Shown in pieces: positions 55,051-57,662 of a DNA stretch of 57,662 nt (positions are counted from its first letter, which is position 1; each line of letters starts with the position of its first letter). Source of the DNA: a bacterium (lineage in GTDB: Bacteria; Patescibacteriota; Dojkabacteria; B142; OLB20); NCBI GenBank assembly GCA_029567095.1, contig JAKQLP010000140.1, forward strand, positions 1-57,662, written 5' to 3'. The position numbers and the translations under genes were made by a program. Under the pieces are notes generated by a model. That model had not been told where the DNA came from. It did no database searches and saw only the letters and a list, made by a program, of their open reading frames with translations.

Positions 55051-55725
55051 TTATGCTATTCCTGTGCTAATTTTAGCAAAAAAGAAGCTTTTATGCAGAG
55101 TCTGTTTAAATGTACTGACACTCCTCCTCTCAATTAATACCAGAGAGTCCGGGTCTTGAGGTGCGATCAACCTGCCACCAATTTTTAATTGAATCTTAAT
55201 TTCTTCAGGAATAGAATTAAAACTGGCTGCAACATGTATCCCATCATAGGGAGCCTGCTGTTTATATCCATTTGCTCCATCAGCTAAATGCATGCTTAAA
55301 TTTTTAATGAATGGGTATTTAGCCAAATTGATTCTGGCGATCTCTAGTAAGAATTGTTTTCTTTCTATACTTATTACTTGCCCCCTTTTGCCTGTAGCAG
55401 TAGCCATTAGAGCAGCTACATAGCCAGTACCAGTCCCAATATCCAGATATCTTCCACCCTTTTTAATATCAAGCAGCTGCAGCATTAAGGCGATTGTTGT
55501 TGGTTTATCAAGTGTCTCATTCCAGCCAATATCAATAACGGCATCGTTATAGGCAAGATCAATAAGATCTGGTGGGATAAAATCTGCTCGGTCAACTTCA
55601 GCAAAAGCTTTTTGGAGCTGTTTATTTATTAGGATCTTATCTTTTGAATTCGAAAGGATCTCGTTCAAATACTCATGGGTCCATTTGAACGGTCTTGCTA
55701 AATCATTTATAGAAGATGCACTCAT
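55051..55725 (-). CDS. pcm: Protein-L-isoaspartate O-methyltransferase
   Basis: RADFIPP, YNDAVIDIG, YLDIGTGTGYVAALMA, YDGIHVAAS and GGRLIAP follow the PCMT motif order. Confidence 0.87.
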   Translation of the reverse strand: MSASSINDLARPFKWTHEYLNEILSNSKDKILINKQLQKAFAEVDRADFIPPDLIDLAYNDAVIDIGWNETLDKPTTIALMLQLLDIKKGGRYLDIGTGTGYVAALMATATGKRGQVISIERKQFLLEIARINLAKYPFIKNLSMHLADGANGYKQQAPYDGIHVAASFNSIPEEIKIQLKIGGRLIAPQDPDSLVLIERRSVSTFKQTLHKSFFFAKISTGIA

Positions 55726-55797
55726 ACCCTTTAATTTTTTTCTAGAATCTTTATACTGATTATAGAGCTAATTGAAGAATAAGTTAAGAATATCTAA

Positions 55798-57662
55798 ATG
55801 AGGTTGAAATATCTGCTATTTATTCTAATTGCCGTTACATCGGTATTTTCCGTTTTTGCTGAAGAGCCCACTCCTACACCAGTAGGTTTTGATGACATTG
55901 GCACTTACTACTACGACATCCCTGATAATTACAATATGAAAAGCTGCGAGAAGATCGTGGCTGACGACAGTAATGATGTTATTACAGCTGATCTACCATT
56001 ATGGAGATGTGTGGGAGGGAAAAGTAGTGGAAATAATACAATTGATTGTAATAAGGATTGGGTGGGAGCGTATGCTGAAACTGTATCTATATTAAATTTC
56101 CCATTACTTAAATTCTTTTCTGCGGCATCTGCAGCTGGAACCGAGGCTAATCCAGTACAGCCCATGTGCTATTACGATATCCAGGCAAATATCTCCGATT
56201 ATAAGGAAGGTGGAGATGTTCTTAATTTTAGTGGTGAATATCCAGGCTTATTAAAATTAACAGGCAGTGCACCAGAGACAAATGTAAAATATCCCAGGTT
56301 AGGAACAGCATCTTCCTGTTCTGTTGTGGAGTGGAGAAACAATTTAAATCCTTTCATGCTGGATATCATGACCTTCGAAAATCTGCCTCAGATCCCAGAT
56401 CAGGCAGTGGATAATGAAGATGATGGGATTTTCAGCTTCCTTCTTAACTTGATAAAAATATTCAATATTTTTGAACTGTCTTTGGAGAGTCGTGAGCAAA
56501 GCAATATTATTACTGTCAAAGATGAATTAGCCAAAATTGGTATTGATCGTGAGGAGGTTTGTAAGGATATGGAGGTCCCCGTAACTAAATTGAACCAATC
56601 AGATGTTGTGACTCCAACTCCAGGTCGTGACAAGTTCGTGGTAAATCAGGAAGAGGAGATCTTAAATTTTACTAATACCGAAGTTTGTGATCTGCAGTTT
56701 AGATCAGGAAGAGTTAAGGGTGCTATTTGTACCTTCCCTGACGGGACTGTATTTAAAGGAGATAGGAATACTGGGCTACGCTCTGCTGGATTTCCAGTTG
56801 TTATTGAGTGTACTACCGATTATTGGGGATATACAACTTGTTCTTGCGTAGAAACCGAGCCTATTTGCGGAGCTACTTTTGCTTGCGATGCTCCTCAATC
56901 GCAAGCTTATGAACAATGCCGTTCCCAGCAAGGAGATGTTGCCAGGACGGACGGTGATCCACTATTGATGATGAGTCTTCCAGGTTTTTCAGAAATGTCA
57001 CTAACTGGTGGGAATATGATGCTTGCTAATACTGTTAATGTTCTTGAGCAATTGCATTCACCATGGGAAATATCTTATGGAGAGAATTGGGGAATTAAAA
57101 TGGATGTTAAAAGGATTGCTTATGATCTGAACACCAAAGATCAGGAATACGAGCCTTTAACATCTCCTCAAAATACCAAGTCACCAGATCTGGTAAGTTC
57201 TCCGTTAAGTCCATATATTGCTTATGGTGAAGAAGACTACAACTATATCTATAAAAAGGAATTTAAATTTGATCAATTAGGGAATATTGCCCAAACACAA
57301 TACTATTTCCCATATTTAGGCAGGTTACCATATTTACTTGAAAGGATAAGTACAATTCATGCTAATTCTTTAAATCCGGAAACTGCATATACACTTACTA
57401 AACAGGATCAAGCACTGGCTCAAGCTCAAGCTCAAGGAAGAAGTAATGTTTTAGGCCTAAGTAGTGAGCTTTCCTCAGAACTATTAAAACCCCAATTAAG
57501 CTATTGTGCTGATCTAACTGAAGAAGAACAAAAAATATTGGATTGCTATGGAGAAAGAGATAATGATCATTTATTAGGCTATCTTTGCGAAAATGAATTA
57601 GCAAGTCCCTGGGAATGCGGAGAGCTTTGTATCGAGCCTGGTGATGATTCAGGTGGTGTTGG
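55798..57662 (+). CDS. Large secreted Cys-rich protein, N-terminal 621+ codons (3' end outside the window); absent from the supplied ORF track
   Basis: I read every codon from ATG 55798 to the window end and found no stop. The N-terminus MRLKYLLFILIAVTSVFSVFA-EEPTPTP is a signal peptide. About 19 Cys. The track lists only three short antisense ORFs here. Confidence 0.8.
   Translation, partial: MRLKYLLFILIAVTSVFSVFAEEPTPTPVGFDDIGTYYYDIPDNYNMKSCEKIVADDSNDVITADLPLWRCVGGKSSGNNTIDCNKDWVGAYAETVSILNFPLLKFFSAASAAGTEANPVQPMCYYDIQANISDYKEGGDVLNFSGEYPGLLKLTGSAPETNVKYPRLGTASSCSVVEWRNNLNPFMLDIMTFENLPQIPDQAVDNEDDGIFSFLLNLIKIFNIFELSLESREQSNIITVKDELAKIGIDREEVCKDMEVPVTKLNQSDVVTPTPGRDKFVVNQEEEILNFTNTEVCDLQFRSGRVKGAICTFPDGTVFKGDRNTGLRSAGFPVVIECTTDYWGYTTCSCVETEPICGATFACDAPQSQAYEQCRSQQGDVARTDGDPLLMMSLPGFSEMSLTGGNMMLANTVNVLEQLHSPWEISYGENWGIKMDVKRIAYDLNTKDQEYEPLTSPQNTKSPDLVSSPLSPYIAYGEEDYNYIYKKEFKFDQLGNIAQTQYYFPYLGRLPYLLERISTIHANSLNPETAYTLTKQDQALAQAQAQGRSNVLGLSSELSSELLKPQLSYCADLTEEEQKILDCYGERDNDHLLGYLCENELASPWECGELCIEPGDDSGGV

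Noticed and set aside
57418-57435. (GCTCAA)x3 tandem repeat
   Set aside because: It is a short in-frame AQAQAQ stretch inside the large secreted protein ORF. It is trivial low-complexity coding sequence, not a repeat element.
55929-57604. Three minus-strand ORFs from the track (55929..56165, 56400..56633, 57398..57604)
   Set aside because: All three lie antisense inside the uninterrupted 621+ codon plus-strand ORF, which has a signal peptide. They are short and low-complexity (Ser/Leu-rich). I treat them as shadow ORFs.
1-57662. CRISPR arrays, cas genes, transposases, integrases, reverse transcriptase/DGR, prophage genes
   Set aside because: I saw no regularly spaced repeats and no ORF with recognisable motifs of these families. 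The RNase H gene at 39070..39474 is a stand-alone DEDD RNase HI with no RT domain nearby.
1-57662. Alternative genetic code (UGA as Gly or Trp, as in some candidate phyla)
   Set aside because: UGA terminates full-length, well-conserved genes at the expected position, e.g. glyQS at 20600..20602 and the 2149..3129 ORF. No conserved protein appears split at a UGA.

Overview
AT-rich (about one third G+C by eye), very gene-dense bacterial chromosomal segment with about 70 CDS, 4 tRNA genes and no rRNA. It uses the standard code: UGA ends several clearly complete genes, e.g. glyQS. Most content is housekeeping: pyrG, uvrC, a CIRCE-controlled hrcA-grpE-dnaK operon, glyQS behind a T-box leader, mnmA, ppa, hisS, efp-epmA, map, clpC and pcm. 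There are also envelope genes (LCP, GT-C and GT4 glycosyltransferases, acyltransferase-3, CapA), ion transport genes (MgtC, CPA2/RCK antiporter, a divergent P-type ATPase) and an ADP-forming acetyl-CoA synthetase. Compact genes, many 1-4 nt overlaps, Gram-positive-type regulators and many small orphan membrane proteins suggest an uncultivated small-genome lineage such as Patescibacteria/CPR; this is inference only. I saw no CRISPR array, transposase, integrase, reverse transcriptase or phage genes. Best candidates for something new: (1) a LysW-like zinc-ribbon protein divergent from a tight operon of ThrC-like PLP enzyme, TM-anchored methyltransferase, long ATP-grasp ligase and cytoplasmic NlpC/P60 amidase (11.9-15.9 kb), a possible carrier-protein or tail-modification system. 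(2) A glyQS-type T-box riboswitch. (3) A 621+ codon secreted Cys-rich ORF at the right edge that the ORF track omits. (4) An efp-epmA operon continuing into a methyltransferase and an aminotransferase, with no epmB in the window. (5) A GrpE with an 11-Cys acidic insert. Family calls come from motif recognition by eye; no database search was run. The ORF track uses the most upstream ATG/GTG/TTG, so several starts are over-extended.
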